From: an uncultured virus (IMG/VR IMGVR_UViG_3300032134_000001)
Taxonomy: Duplodnaviria; Heunggongvirae; Uroviricota; Caudoviricetes
Virus record (IMG/VR): IMGVR_UViG_3300032134_000001
Reading direction: 5' to 3' (one strand)
DNA: 64,000 bases
Shown: positions 19,051-27,340 of the stretch, piece by piece
Layout of the letters: the number at the start of each line of letters is the position of its first letter
How positions within the stretch are numbered: position 1 is the first letter of the stretch
Translations under genes and position numbers: made by a program
Notes under the pieces: model-generated
What the model was told of the DNA's origin: nothing
What the model saw: the letters and a program-made list of their open reading frames with translations, nothing else
The model's database searches: none

Positions 19051-19458
19051 GGCCTGGGCTCCTCGCGTGGCCCTCCCCTCCGGGGCGCCTTACATCAGCC
19101 CCCCGGGACAGAGAGAACCCTCCGAAGGAGAACTTCATGGACCCCGCCCTGCAAGTCTTCGTTGACCAGCTCAACGCCCGCCTGGAGAAGCAGGAGGACG
19201 GCTGGTACCACCTGCCCGAGACTGATGAGTCGTATGAGAGTTGGCTCAAGCCCTTCGTGCCCGTGGACCAGTTCCTGCCCTCGACGCCCCACCTGCTCGT
19301 GATGCCCCGCGGCGACGACTTCACGGTGGTCAACAAAGGCACGCGCGAGGCCTTCGGTGACTTCAAGAGCCTGGAAGCAGCCAAGATGAAGGCAGACGCA
19401 GTGATCGCCCAGGCGTAGCACGGGGCCTGGGCTCCTCGCGTGGCCCTCCCCCCCGGGG
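19051..19458 (+). repeat. 35-bp direct repeat (19051-19085 and 19424-19458, 34/35 identical); weaker third copy near 19807-19823
   Basis: GGCCTGGGCTCCTCGCGTGGCCCTCCCC[T/C]CCGGGG. Confidence 0.9.
19137..19418 (+). CDS. hypothetical protein
   Basis: AAGGAG SD before MDPALQVF. Confidence 0.55.
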   Translation: MDPALQVFVDQLNARLEKQEDGWYHLPETDESYESWLKPFVPVDQFLPSTPHLLVMPRGDDFTVVNKGTREAFGDFKSLEAAKMKADAVIAQA

Positions 19459-19469
19459 AGTCCTACACT
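19415..19469 (+). promoter_or_regulatory. putative late promoter GTAGCAC...TGGCCC...TACACT, leaderless spacing to ATG
   Basis: 49-nt offset; ATG 6 nt after the -10 box. Confidence 0.7.
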
Positions 19470-19475
19470 GAGGGC

Positions 19476-19793
19476 ATGGCTGGAAGACCCCTCAGACGTG
19501 CCCGGAGAGCCCGAAGGGCTCGCGAGAACCCACTCGTGGGGTGGGAGAACAAGGCAGGGCTGACTCCGGCCCAGGCGAAGGCCTGGGTTGAAGGCACGCT
19601 CACCCGATTCGACTTGCGCTTCGGCCAGACTTCATGGAGTCCGGGGGAAGAAGCCAAGGCGAGGAACGTCCTGAGCCTCTTGGGCACCCTGCGGGACCGG
19701 GCAGAGTCCACGACAGATCCCGAGGAGAGCCGGCGCATCTTCTCGCTTCGTCAGGCAGGCTGGGCCGAGCTTGCGAAGCTGAACGCCAAGTAG
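19476..19793 (+). CDS. RxNP-tagged protein (MAGRPLRRARRARRARENP leader)
   Basis: Leader shared with the 19851 and 16288 genes. Confidence 0.65.
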   Translation: MAGRPLRRARRARRARENPLVGWENKAGLTPAQAKAWVEGTLTRFDLRFGQTSWSPGEEAKARNVLSLLGTLRDRAESTTDPEESRRIFSLRQAGWAELAKLNAK

Positions 19794-19844
19794 CACTCGA
19801 TCCCTGCCTCGCGCCTGGCCCTCTGCGGCCTGAAGCCGTAGGCT
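19790..19844 (+). promoter_or_regulatory. putative late promoter GTAGCAC...TGGCCC...TAGGCT, leaderless spacing to ATG
   Basis: 49-nt offset; ATG 6 nt after the -10 box. Confidence 0.7.
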
Positions 19845-19850
19845 GGGTTC

Positions 19851-21068
19851 ATGGCTGGAAGACCCCGACGACGCGCCCGCAGGAACGGCAGAGCCCGGCG
19901 CAACAGCAACCTCCGCGACTTCCGCACCTTCATGCGGCGGAAGTACCAGGGCGGAACCGCCGCACCGCGGGCCGGTGAGCCCTCGGCGTGGGGGGCTCAC
20001 ATCCCCCTCGGTGGCGACTACAAGCTGTCCGTCATGGCTGGCTACGCCCAGTACTCCGATCCGCGGGCCGACCAGCCTCATGCCTACTACGACCGCTGGG
20101 AAGTCGCTCTCTTCCACAACGGCGACTGGGTGAGCCCAAAGTGGTGGCCCGACCCCAAGGTCAAGGCCTTCGCGAGCCTGTTCGAGGGTGTGACTGACGG
20201 ACCCAGAGGGCACGATGTCGCTCCCTACATGCCAACAGCCGATGTGCAGCGGCTGGTCAACGCGCTGGAGGGTGCTGTCTGGAACGAAGCAAACTCGGCG
20301 CCGGGTCCCGAGTCCGAAGAGGAGCGGGGCTACGACTGGCAGCAGGAGCAGGAGTCTCGTGAGCGTCAGGAGGCGCGAGATCGACAGGAGACGCGGGAGC
20401 AACGGTTTCGGCAGCAGGAGTCCGGCAACTACGACCGGGGTCTGATGGAGAAGTTCCTCTCGGTCTGCGACCGTGTGCGGCGTGGCGCAACAGTCGGAGA
20501 GCGGAACGCTGCCCGTGGCGTCCTCATGAAGATGGTCGACAAGTACCCAGGGCTCAACGAAGCAGCCAACGAGGCCGCCCGCCGGGGCTTTCCAGACCAC
20601 CGTGGTCGCCGCACGCCGAGGAAGGGGTGCGTGATCCGAGCCAGCACGCCGGCTCCTGAAGCACAGGGCGGCCCTGGTCCTTACGCAGGTCCTGCCCGCG
20701 TAGAGCGAGACGGCAAGGTCGCTGTGCTCTTCTCCCCTGGCTTTGGCTCCGGCTGGACCACATGGGCCGTTGGGGACGATGGGATGAGGGAGATCATGCT
20801 CTTCCACCCCCTGTTTGTAGAGCTGGTCCAGCGCGGCGGTCTGAGCGAGGGGGCTGCCCAAGCGGTCTTCTCTCAGCTGGGCATCGACGAGCGCGACATG
20901 CCCTACCTGGGCGGCTTTGACGACCTGGCTGTGTCCTGGGTGGAGAAGGGCGCCCTCTTCAAGATCCGCGAGTACGACGGCAGCGAGAGCATCGAGGTCT
21001 TCCGCCCGGACAGCTGGACCAAGGCCAACCCGCGCGGGACGCGCAGACCACGCCGGCGGCGCCGATGA
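19851..21068 (+). CDS. mosaic multi-domain protein with Arg-rich leader and C-terminal KANP-Arg tail
   Basis: MAGRPRRRARRN...; DUF2786-like ERNAARGVLMKMVDKY; RDGKVAVLFSPGFGSGW domain; ANPRGTRRPRRRRR. Confidence 0.7.
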   Translation: MAGRPRRRARRNGRARRNSNLRDFRTFMRRKYQGGTAAPRAGEPSAWGAHIPLGGDYKLSVMAGYAQYSDPRADQPHAYYDRWEVALFHNGDWVSPKWWPDPKVKAFASLFEGVTDGPRGHDVAPYMPTADVQRLVNALEGAVWNEANSAPGPESEEERGYDWQQEQESRERQEARDRQETREQRFRQQESGNYDRGLMEKFLSVCDRVRRGATVGERNAARGVLMKMVDKYPGLNEAANEAARRGFPDHRGRRTPRKGCVIRASTPAPEAQGGPGPYAGPARVERDGKVAVLFSPGFGSGWTTWAVGDDGMREIMLFHPLFVELVQRGGLSEGAAQAVFSQLGIDERDMPYLGGFDDLAVSWVEKGALFKIREYDGSESIEVFRPDSWTKANPRGTRRPRRRRR

Positions 21069-21427
21069 GCACCACCCAGACTGCTGACCTCTACCGCTAC
21101 AACGCGAAGGTCACTGACGTCTACGATGGCGACAGCTTCACCTGCGACATCGACTTGGGCTTCGGGGTCTGCCTTCGGGGGCAGAAGGTCCGGGTCGCTC
21201 GCATCAACACCGCGGAGATCCGGGGCGGGACGGCTGAGACCAAGGCCGCAGCTCGGGTGGCCCGTGACCGCGTGAAGCTCCTCATCCTCGACCAGACGGT
21301 TCGGCTCCGCACGGACAAGGACAAGGGGAAGTTCGGCCGCTGGGTGGCTGAGGTCACCACGCCCGACGGTGACAACCTGAGCGACTTGCTGCTGGATGAG
21401 GGTCTCGCGAAGATCTACGGGGCGTAG
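21065..21427 (+). CDS. thermonuclease (SNase-like)
   Basis: VYDGDS, VRVARINTAE, KFGRWVAEV, LLDEGLA. Confidence 0.85.
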   Translation: MSTTQTADLYRYNAKVTDVYDGDSFTCDIDLGFGVCLRGQKVRVARINTAEIRGGTAETKAAARVARDRVKLLILDQTVRLRTDKDKGKFGRWVAEVTTPDGDNLSDLLLDEGLAKIYGA

Positions 21428-21507
21428 CTCAGCGGAACGGCAGTCGACGGTCGTAGAGCGCCGGCCTGCGTAGCCGGAGGACGTGGGTTCGATTCCCACC
21501 GTCCCGA
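21418..21507 (+). tRNA. atypical tRNA-like gene, anticodon GCG (Arg), 25-nt D-loop, no encoded CCA
   Basis: Acceptor CGGGGCG/CGTCCCG, D-stem GCTC/GAGC, anticodon stem CCGGC/GCCGG with loop CTGCGTA, T-arm GTGGG-TTCGATT-CCCAC. Confidence 0.75.
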
Positions 21508-21544
21508 CTTCTTCCTGCGGCTGCGTGACCGGGAGCCCCGCTCG

Positions 21545-21871
21545 CTACTGCCTGCTCTGTGTGTCTGTCGCTGCTCGGACTTCGTCGCGGAGTCCCTGGA
21601 TCAGTTCCTTCCTGCGGGCCGGCGGCATCTGGGCAAGTCGTCGGGCCTCCCGGATGCCGATCAGCCACACCAACCAGTGCCAGCGCGGCTGGCGCAGGTC
21701 CAGTGGCGGGGAGTCGGGGAAAAAGGGCCGCAAGGCTTTGTGGATTCGGGGCCCCTCGGGGCCGCCTGGCATCTCGTGGACCTGGCAGATCTCGCCCTCG
21801 GGAACGTGCCGACCGCAGTAGTTGGAGCCGTAGGCTCCCTTCACCGTGGCATGGCACTGGTCGGGGCTCAC
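21545..21871 (-). CDS. hypothetical protein with N-terminal Cys/His cluster
   Basis: QCHA...YCGR...ICQVH; GTGA overlap. Confidence 0.5.
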   Translation of the reverse strand: MSPDQCHATVKGAYGSNYCGRHVPEGEICQVHEMPGGPEGPRIHKALRPFFPDSPPLDLRQPRWHWLVWLIGIREARRLAQMPPARRKELIQGLRDEVRAATDTQSRQ

Positions 21872-22128
21872 TTCGCGGCCAGGGCCAGCATCTCCAGCGG
21901 CGTCATTGCCTCGCAGTCGCGCTGCTGGCAGATCCAGAGCTTCCGGTCTCGCCCCACGTCTTCCCAGGCTAAGACCTTGCCGTCTCGACAGACATGGACT
22001 GTGGCGACCATCCCCTCCCGGAGGGTGCGAGAGCCCATCTGGGTGCTGTACACTCGGATTCTTGCGCCGGTCTGGACCCAGATGGCGGTGCCATCGGGGA
22101 ACGCCGGCCTGCGTCTCTTTCCCATCAT
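21868..22128 (-). CDS. small protein ending TPLEMLA
   Basis: GAGGAGG SD before MMGKRRR; overlaps both neighbours. Confidence 0.55.
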   Translation of the reverse strand: MMGKRRRPAFPDGTAIWVQTGARIRVYSTQMGSRTLREGMVATVHVCRDGKVLAWEDVGRDRKLWICQQRDCEAMTPLEMLALAAK

Positions 22129-22520
22129 TCCTCCTCGTCGGTGAACTCGACCTGGGCCAGCCTCTCCAGCGGGGTCAAGGGGGCGATCTTCTCCTGCGTC
22201 TCGTCCGAGAGCTGCCAGTAGCCGTCGTGCCAGGTCCAGGGCTTCCACCACACTCGCAGGGAGCGGAAGCGGGCCACACCATCGGTGACGTGCTGCAAGA
22301 CGCTGCCGGTCGATCCTCGCTTCGCCACCGTCCAGTTCCCGCATTGAGGGCAGGGGCCGTCTTCTCCTTCGTCGCGGTGGATGGTGATGGTCCCGTCGTC
22401 GGGTGCTGGCGAGAAGAGGGCAGTGGCGATGACCTGAGCGCATTTGGTGCAGCACAGCACGCCGATGTATCGCCCCCACCGCGTGGTCTTCGGGGTGAAG
22501 TACTTCTCAGCTGTCGGCAT
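22125..22520 (-). CDS. Zn-ribbon protein ending TPLERLA
   Basis: CTKC...CPQC. Confidence 0.55.
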   Translation of the reverse strand: MPTAEKYFTPKTTRWGRYIGVLCCTKCAQVIATALFSPAPDDGTITIHRDEGEDGPCPQCGNWTVAKRGSTGSVLQHVTDGVARFRSLRVWWKPWTWHDGYWQLSDETQEKIAPLTPLERLAQVEFTDEEE

Positions 22521-23004
22521 CGGGCTCGCCTCCGCCCTTGTCTTCCAGCATCGTGGGCATGTTCTCGCCGCCCAACAGCCGGAAGCTCAGCTCGCCCACC
22601 ACCTGGGTGAGCTGTCTGAGGTCCGGGTTTCGGGCTGCGATCTCCAAGGCACGCAGGACGACCTCGGCCTTGGCCAGCTCGATCCGGTCGTCCTCCTGGT
22701 CGAGCTTGCGCGTCTCCAGGGTGGCTTCGAGGCGCAGGCGGGCCTCGGTCTGGGCCGCTTCGAGCTGGAGCTTGTCCCGGTCCATCCCCTGAGCGTGGGT
22801 CTGCTGGTCCTCGCTCTGGTCCTGAACCCGGTCGATCTCCTCGCGTCGGCGCCTCTCGGTCTCCTGCTCGCCCTGGATCTTCCTGAGCTGCTCGCCTGCC
22901 CAGAGGCGCTGCTGCATGGTGACCTTGCCACCTTCCGGGTGGGTGCCTCCTGCGAGCTGGGTGAGCTGCTGGATCTGCTGTTGCGTGGCTGCGTCGATGC
23001 TCAT
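22507..23004 (-). CDS. coiled-coil hypothetical protein
   Basis: Q/E/R-rich heptads; start set at MSIDAA. Confidence 0.55.
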   Translation of the reverse strand: MSIDAATQQQIQQLTQLAGGTHPEGGKVTMQQRLWAGEQLRKIQGEQETERRRREEIDRVQDQSEDQQTHAQGMDRDKLQLEAAQTEARLRLEATLETRKLDQEDDRIELAKAEVVLRALEIAARNPDLRQLTQVVGELSFRLLGGENMPTMLEDKGGGEPDADS

Positions 23005-23058
23005 GAGTCCCCGTATCCGCTTGCGTGCCGACTGGCACACCCCAAGATAGGGGCTGCC

Positions 23059-23526
23059 ATGGTCACGCGCATCATCTCAGGCGGTCAGACTGGAGGAGAC
23101 CAGGGGGGCCTCGCGGCCGGGGTCACGCTTGGGCTCTCGACTGGGGGCTGGGCCCCAAGGGGCTGGAAGACGGAGACCGGTGTTGAGAAGGAGCTTCTTC
23201 GTGGGCTGGGGCTCATGGAGTACCAGACCTGGGGCTACCCGCCGCGGACGAAAGCCAACATCCGGGACTCCGACGGCACCTTCTTGATCGGCAATCCCTC
23301 CAGTGCAGGAAGCAGGCTCACGGACACGGAGGCCAAGCGCAGGGGGAAGCCGCTCTACCTCCTGGTCACCGAGCCGAATCGAGACCTCACCCGGCATGTC
23401 GGGCCCTTCCGAGAGTGGCTTCGAGAGCACCGCATCCGGGTGTTGAACGTGGCCGGGAACCGGGAGTCCGTAGCACCCGGATTGGCGCAGACCACCCACG
23501 ACTTCCTGGTTGCAGCACTGGGGTAG
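23059..23526 (+). CDS. SLOG-superfamily protein (putative molybdenum-carrier/YpsA-like family)
   Basis: IISGGQTGGD...GGWAPRG...RTKANIRDSDGT...LNVAGNRES. Confidence 0.85.
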   Translation: MVTRIISGGQTGGDQGGLAAGVTLGLSTGGWAPRGWKTETGVEKELLRGLGLMEYQTWGYPPRTKANIRDSDGTFLIGNPSSAGSRLTDTEAKRRGKPLYLLVTEPNRDLTRHVGPFREWLREHRIRVLNVAGNRESVAPGLAQTTHDFLVAALG

Positions 23527-23556
23527 GGCTACTCTGCTGGCAGAGAGGAACTGCCC

Positions 23557-24198
23557 ATGCCCATCTACCTCAAGCGCGTCCAGCTCAACCCCCGCGCCCG
23601 CCGAAACATGGCCTACCGCTACGGCCCGTTCTCGGTCGACACGGTGGAAGAGCTGCAGGCTCTCCTGGAGGCCCACCCGCAGTACGACACGGGAGCTGCG
23701 GCGCCAGCGAAGAAGGCGAAGAAGGCGAAGCGGAAGGTGAAAGAGGGGAAGAAGGTCCGCAGGCCCCGCAAGGAGAGCGGAGTCACCAGCAGCAGCGACC
23801 CCTTCGCGTCTGCGATGGCTCGCATCGAGAAGCTGGAGAAGGGCGGCGGTGGGGGCAGTAGCAAGGCCAAGTACCTCTTCCCCGAGCTGCTGGAGTACAA
23901 GTACAACGGGCTGTACCGGGTTCTCGCCCGCTACGTCGGTGGCCAGAAGGCGTTCTGCCCGGCTTTGCGGGCACTGGCGAAGTCCAAGCGGAAGCGGCTG
24001 ACCAACGTGGAGGCCTTCCGGGCCATGGGCGTGGAGCCGGACCGGGCTTCGGGTCTTCTCGACCGCTTCTCTGCGCAGCACGAAGACCTTGACACCCTGT
24101 CTGACGGGCAGGCCGCTGCAAACCTGGCCTTCCTGATGAGCCAGCCCGGTGTGGCGTGCCCGACGACCAAGACCAATCCGAGGCGCCGCCGCCGGTAG
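23557..24198 (+). CDS. basic RxNP-tagged protein (QLNP at N-terminus, KTNPRRRRR at C-terminus)
   Basis: Tags at both termini; GAGGA SD. Confidence 0.7.
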   Translation: MPIYLKRVQLNPRARRNMAYRYGPFSVDTVEELQALLEAHPQYDTGAAAPAKKAKKAKRKVKEGKKVRRPRKESGVTSSSDPFASAMARIEKLEKGGGGGSSKAKYLFPELLEYKYNGLYRVLARYVGGQKAFCPALRALAKSKRKRLTNVEAFRAMGVEPDRASGLLDRFSAQHEDLDTLSDGQAAANLAFLMSQPGVACPTTKTNPRRRRR

Positions 24199-24203
24199 CG
24201 GGT

Positions 24204-24258
24204 GTAGCACTCCGTCCTCCCTGGGCAGAGGTCCGTGAGGGCCGAGCTGTGCTACTTC
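24204..24258 (+). promoter_or_regulatory. putative late promoter GTAGCAC(24204)...TACTTC(24253), with inverted GTGCTAC at 24249
   Basis: 49-nt offset, imperfect -10; upstream of the beta-protein operon. Confidence 0.5.
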
Positions 24259-24338
24259 TTCTTCTGAGCCACGGGAATCAGTCAGCAGTCTCACTCGTGC
24301 TCGTTCCTACTCCTTAGGACTGCGCCCGGAGTTTCCCC

Positions 24339-24725
24339 ATGGCTACCGCCAACATCTGTTCTTCCTTCGACATCCTCATCGAGGGCGTCGACCTCAACGT
24401 CGCCAAGACGTTCACCGCACCTCGCGCGTTCCGCATCACTGGCATCTCTGTCGTGAACATCGCTGCTGGTGCGGGCACGGTGACCGTCGCCGGTGCCACT
24501 GCCGGTACCGTCACGGGAACCACGGCGGCTCCGCCCGTCGCCGGTGCGGGCATCGTCCAGGCCCAGGCCCAGATCGGCCCGACCGCTCCTGTGACCGTGT
24601 TCGCGGCCAACTCCGACATCGCCCTGGGCGAGGTCGTCACGGTGACGGCGAGCGCCATCACCATCACCGCCGTGATCCTCCACTGCGTCGCTTCGGGTGG
24701 CGGCCAGACCATCGCAATCGCGTAG
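24339..24725 (+). CDS. small beta-rich virion protein candidate (paralogue 1 of 4)
   Basis: TFTAPRAFRITG motif; Ala/Thr/Val-rich. Confidence 0.6.
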   Translation: MATANICSSFDILIEGVDLNVAKTFTAPRAFRITGISVVNIAAGAGTVTVAGATAGTVTGTTAAPPVAGAGIVQAQAQIGPTAPVTVFAANSDIALGEVVTVTASAITITAVILHCVASGGGQTIAIA

Positions 24726-24762
24726 TCCTGTCCCTGTTCGCCACTGAAGAAGGAGATTCTGC

Positions 24763-25119
24763 ATGGCTGGCGTGATGAACGACCTGCACGCATTTCGCTT
24801 CAACTTCGTGGCGGACACGGGTGCTCACGACTTCGTTTGCACTCGGGGCTGGCTCGTCTGTGACCAGATCGTAGGCTGGAACGCGACGGCGGGAACGTCG
24901 TTGCGTATTCGTCGCTCTACGGCGGCAGTTCCTACTGTCTTCGCGGACGTGGGGCCGCTTCTCAACGCGGCCACGGTGGACCAGAACGAGTACTGCGAGT
25001 CGATGGTGAGTGCGCAGATCAACTTCGCGGCGGGTGACACCATGCGTGTCCTCGCCGTGGGGAACTGCTCGGCCGACCTCATCGTCGAGGTCGAGCCCAC
25101 CACCTGGATCTTGGGGTAG
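24763..25119 (+). CDS. small beta-rich virion protein candidate (paralogue 2 of 4)
   Basis: DFVCTRGWLVCD motif; AAGGAG SD. Confidence 0.6.
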   Translation: MAGVMNDLHAFRFNFVADTGAHDFVCTRGWLVCDQIVGWNATAGTSLRIRRSTAAVPTVFADVGPLLNAATVDQNEYCESMVSAQINFAAGDTMRVLAVGNCSADLIVEVEPTTWILG

Positions 25120-25122
25120 GGC

Positions 25123-25479
25123 ATGGCACTTCAGTCCGTCAACAACATCATCATGGTCCGGGCCACCCACACGGATGGCACGACCAACGATGAGACCTAC
25201 ACCCTGACTCGTCCGGGCATCGCCTACGACCTCGTGGTCATCTCGACCAACGGCAACGCAGGGACCGTGACCCTCCAGAACGGGGCCAACGCCATCTCGG
25301 GGGCCTTGGACCCGGCTGACGTGATCGACACCGTCATCCGCACGGCTGATGCTGGGGTCTGGAGCGCAGCCAACAAGGTGCTCATCAGCGGGAGCGTCCT
25401 GACCTTCGCTGTCTCGGCAGGAACGCTCGACTACGAGGCGTACTGCTACATCTACCCCACCCTTGGCTTCGCGGCGTGA
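25123..25479 (+). CDS. small beta-rich virion protein candidate (paralogue 3 of 4)
   Basis: TYTLTRPGIAYDL motif. Confidence 0.6.
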   Translation: MALQSVNNIIMVRATHTDGTTNDETYTLTRPGIAYDLVVISTNGNAGTVTLQNGANAISGALDPADVIDTVIRTADAGVWSAANKVLISGSVLTFAVSAGTLDYEAYCYIYPTLGFAA

Positions 25480-25487
25480 GGTAGAGC

Positions 25488-25844
25488 ATGGCAACCACAA
25501 TCTGCAACCCCCTCGTGATCAACATCGCGGCCTTCAACGCCCTGACGGCCGCTGCTGGGCGCACCTACACCGCGACGCGCCAGCTGCGGATGTACGACCT
25601 CAAGAGCTTCCAGGTCGCAGACGCGGCCGGCGCTGTGGCGATCACGGTCTCCAACGGTGCTGCGCTCTGCATCACCCTGAGCATGGGGGGCCCCGCCCAG
25701 TTCAGCCTGACCCGTCTGGGCCAGGCTGACACGGCCAACCTGCTCGACGAAACAAACGAGGTCGTCGCGGCCGGAGGTACCATCGTCTTTGCCAGCGACG
25801 ACAATGCCGACACCCAGGCGTTCCTCTACTGCTGGACCCTGTAG
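25488..25844 (+). CDS. small beta-rich virion protein candidate (paralogue 4 of 4)
   Basis: TYTATRQLRMYDL motif. Confidence 0.6.
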   Translation: MATTICNPLVINIAAFNALTAAAGRTYTATRQLRMYDLKSFQVADAAGAVAITVSNGAALCITLSMGGPAQFSLTRLGQADTANLLDETNEVVAAGGTIVFASDDNADTQAFLYCWTL

Positions 25845-25853
25845 GAGTACCGC

Positions 25854-26210
25854 ATGGCTGGACAACGACCCCTTCGGTACCCGAAGCCGCGCTACGACCA
25901 CCACTACCTGGTGCCGCAGCAGCGGATTCCTGGCTACCTGCCGTACAAGAACCCGGTCGCGCCGGGCAACATCCCGGTGCCCAACGCCTCCAGCGTGGAC
26001 TGGCCCCAGGCGCAGTTCGCCCCGCCCTGGCTTCCTGCTGGCAGCGCGAGCTTCTCCCCCTACGAGTACCCCAACTACGCCGACGACATCGACCTCGGTG
26101 AGGCGATGGGCGCGGAGTGGGCTGAGGAGTGGCGGCCTGTTGGCATGTTCCTCGCGGGACTCGCTGTTGGCTACCTGTTCTTCTCGCCCAACTCACCCAT
26201 GAAGGGCTGA
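25854..26210 (+). CDS. Pro/Tyr-rich protein with C-terminal TM
   Basis: PVGMFLAGLAVGYLFF; AGGAG SD. Confidence 0.6.
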   Translation: MAGQRPLRYPKPRYDHHYLVPQQRIPGYLPYKNPVAPGNIPVPNASSVDWPQAQFAPPWLPAGSASFSPYEYPNYADDIDLGEAMGAEWAEEWRPVGMFLAGLAVGYLFFSPNSPMKG

Positions 26211-26213
26211 GCG

Positions 26214-26474
26214 ATGGCCAGCCTCATCCGGGTCAACCCCGAGCACCGCAAGACCCGCGACCAGACGATGCGCGTCGTCACGGCGTCTGTAGCGGGACCT
26301 GCTCTGATCTACGCCGGGTACAAGTTCCCGGGGACGGCCAGCACGCGGGCCCTGCTCTCGCTGCTCGGCGTGGCACTGGTCTACACCAACTACGCCACTT
26401 TCCGTGAGGTCTTCGATGGCGAAGAAGACGAAGAGGAGGCGCCAGAAGACGACCTCCTCGGCCTCACGGGTTGA
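26214..26474 (+). CDS. small membrane protein with N-terminal RVNP
   Basis: Two hydrophobic segments, acidic tail. Confidence 0.55.
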   Translation: MASLIRVNPEHRKTRDQTMRVVTASVAGPALIYAGYKFPGTASTRALLSLLGVALVYTNYATFREVFDGEEDEEEAPEDDLLGLTG

Positions 26475-26624
26475 GCTGACTCCCGAGGAGCAGCAGGTGG
26501 CCCTGGCTGAGCTTGGGCTCCGCCCGGATCAGCTCGTGCCGCAGCCGACTCCGACCTGGGCCTACTTGGCCGCGGGCGTGATGGTGTTCGGCGCCTTGGC
26601 CCTCTCTGCTCGCTTGGTGACGCG

Positions 26625-27071
26625 ATGAGCATCGGACAGCTGGCTCACGAGCGAGTCACCCATGCTGAGCGGGTTCTGGGTGCGCGATTGCCCGTGACGT
26701 GGGACATTGGGCCGTACAAGCATTTCCGTACCGCCCGAGGCTTCGGCGTGACCTTCACCCAGCACAACAACCCGGCATGGGACACCTGCCACGTCCGGCT
26801 CAGCGCCAAGCTGCTGCAGGCGCCGCGGGCACGCCAGGACGGCATCATCCAGCACGAGCTGGGGCACGTCATCGACCTGACCTTCCCGCCGCACCTGCTC
26901 GACCCGTGGGCTGCACGGCGGGGAATCCGGTTGCCGCCTCAGAAGCACGGTGAGATTCGAGCCGATGCCATCGCCCACGCGGTCTGGGGCAAGCCCCTGC
27001 ACTACGACAGCGACACCGTGCAGAGCACCTGCTGTGGGGTGACTTCGCGTCCCGCCCACCTGGGGCTCTGA
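26625..27071 (+). CDS. zincin metallopeptidase-like protein
   Basis: IIQHELGH...EIRADAIA (HExxH plus downstream E). Confidence 0.7.
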   Translation: MSIGQLAHERVTHAERVLGARLPVTWDIGPYKHFRTARGFGVTFTQHNNPAWDTCHVRLSAKLLQAPRARQDGIIQHELGHVIDLTFPPHLLDPWAARRGIRLPPQKHGEIRADAIAHAVWGKPLHYDSDTVQSTCCGVTSRPAHLGL

Positions 27072-27340
27072 TGGACGAGGTGTTCTCCTTTCATCTGCTG
27101 GGTGGTGTGACGCCTGCCGAGGCTGAGGCCATCGAGGCTGTCCACAAGCCGCACTGGACCCACTGCAAGTGCGGCCGGAAGGCCACAGCCGTCATCCTGC
27201 TGCGGGGCCCCAGTGGGCGCCGTGGTGATGTCCAGGGCACAGCCTTGTGCGCTGAGCACGAGGGCGTCGCCATCGACCTGATTCAGCAGAGCCCGGGCTA
27301 CCAGGGAGCGCGGGTGGACAAGATCAGGAGGGACGAATGA
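27071..27340 (+). CDS. small Zn-finger protein
   Basis: CKCGRKA...LCAEH. Confidence 0.5.
   Translation: MDEVFSFHLLGGVTPAEAEAIEAVHKPHWTHCKCGRKATAVILLRGPSGRRGDVQGTALCAEHEGVAIDLIQQSPGYQGARVDKIRRDE

Noticed and set aside
23059..23526. Molybdenum cofactor metabolism
   Set aside because: The family name is historical; no Moco genes nearby, so better treated as a SLOG nucleotide-binding protein.
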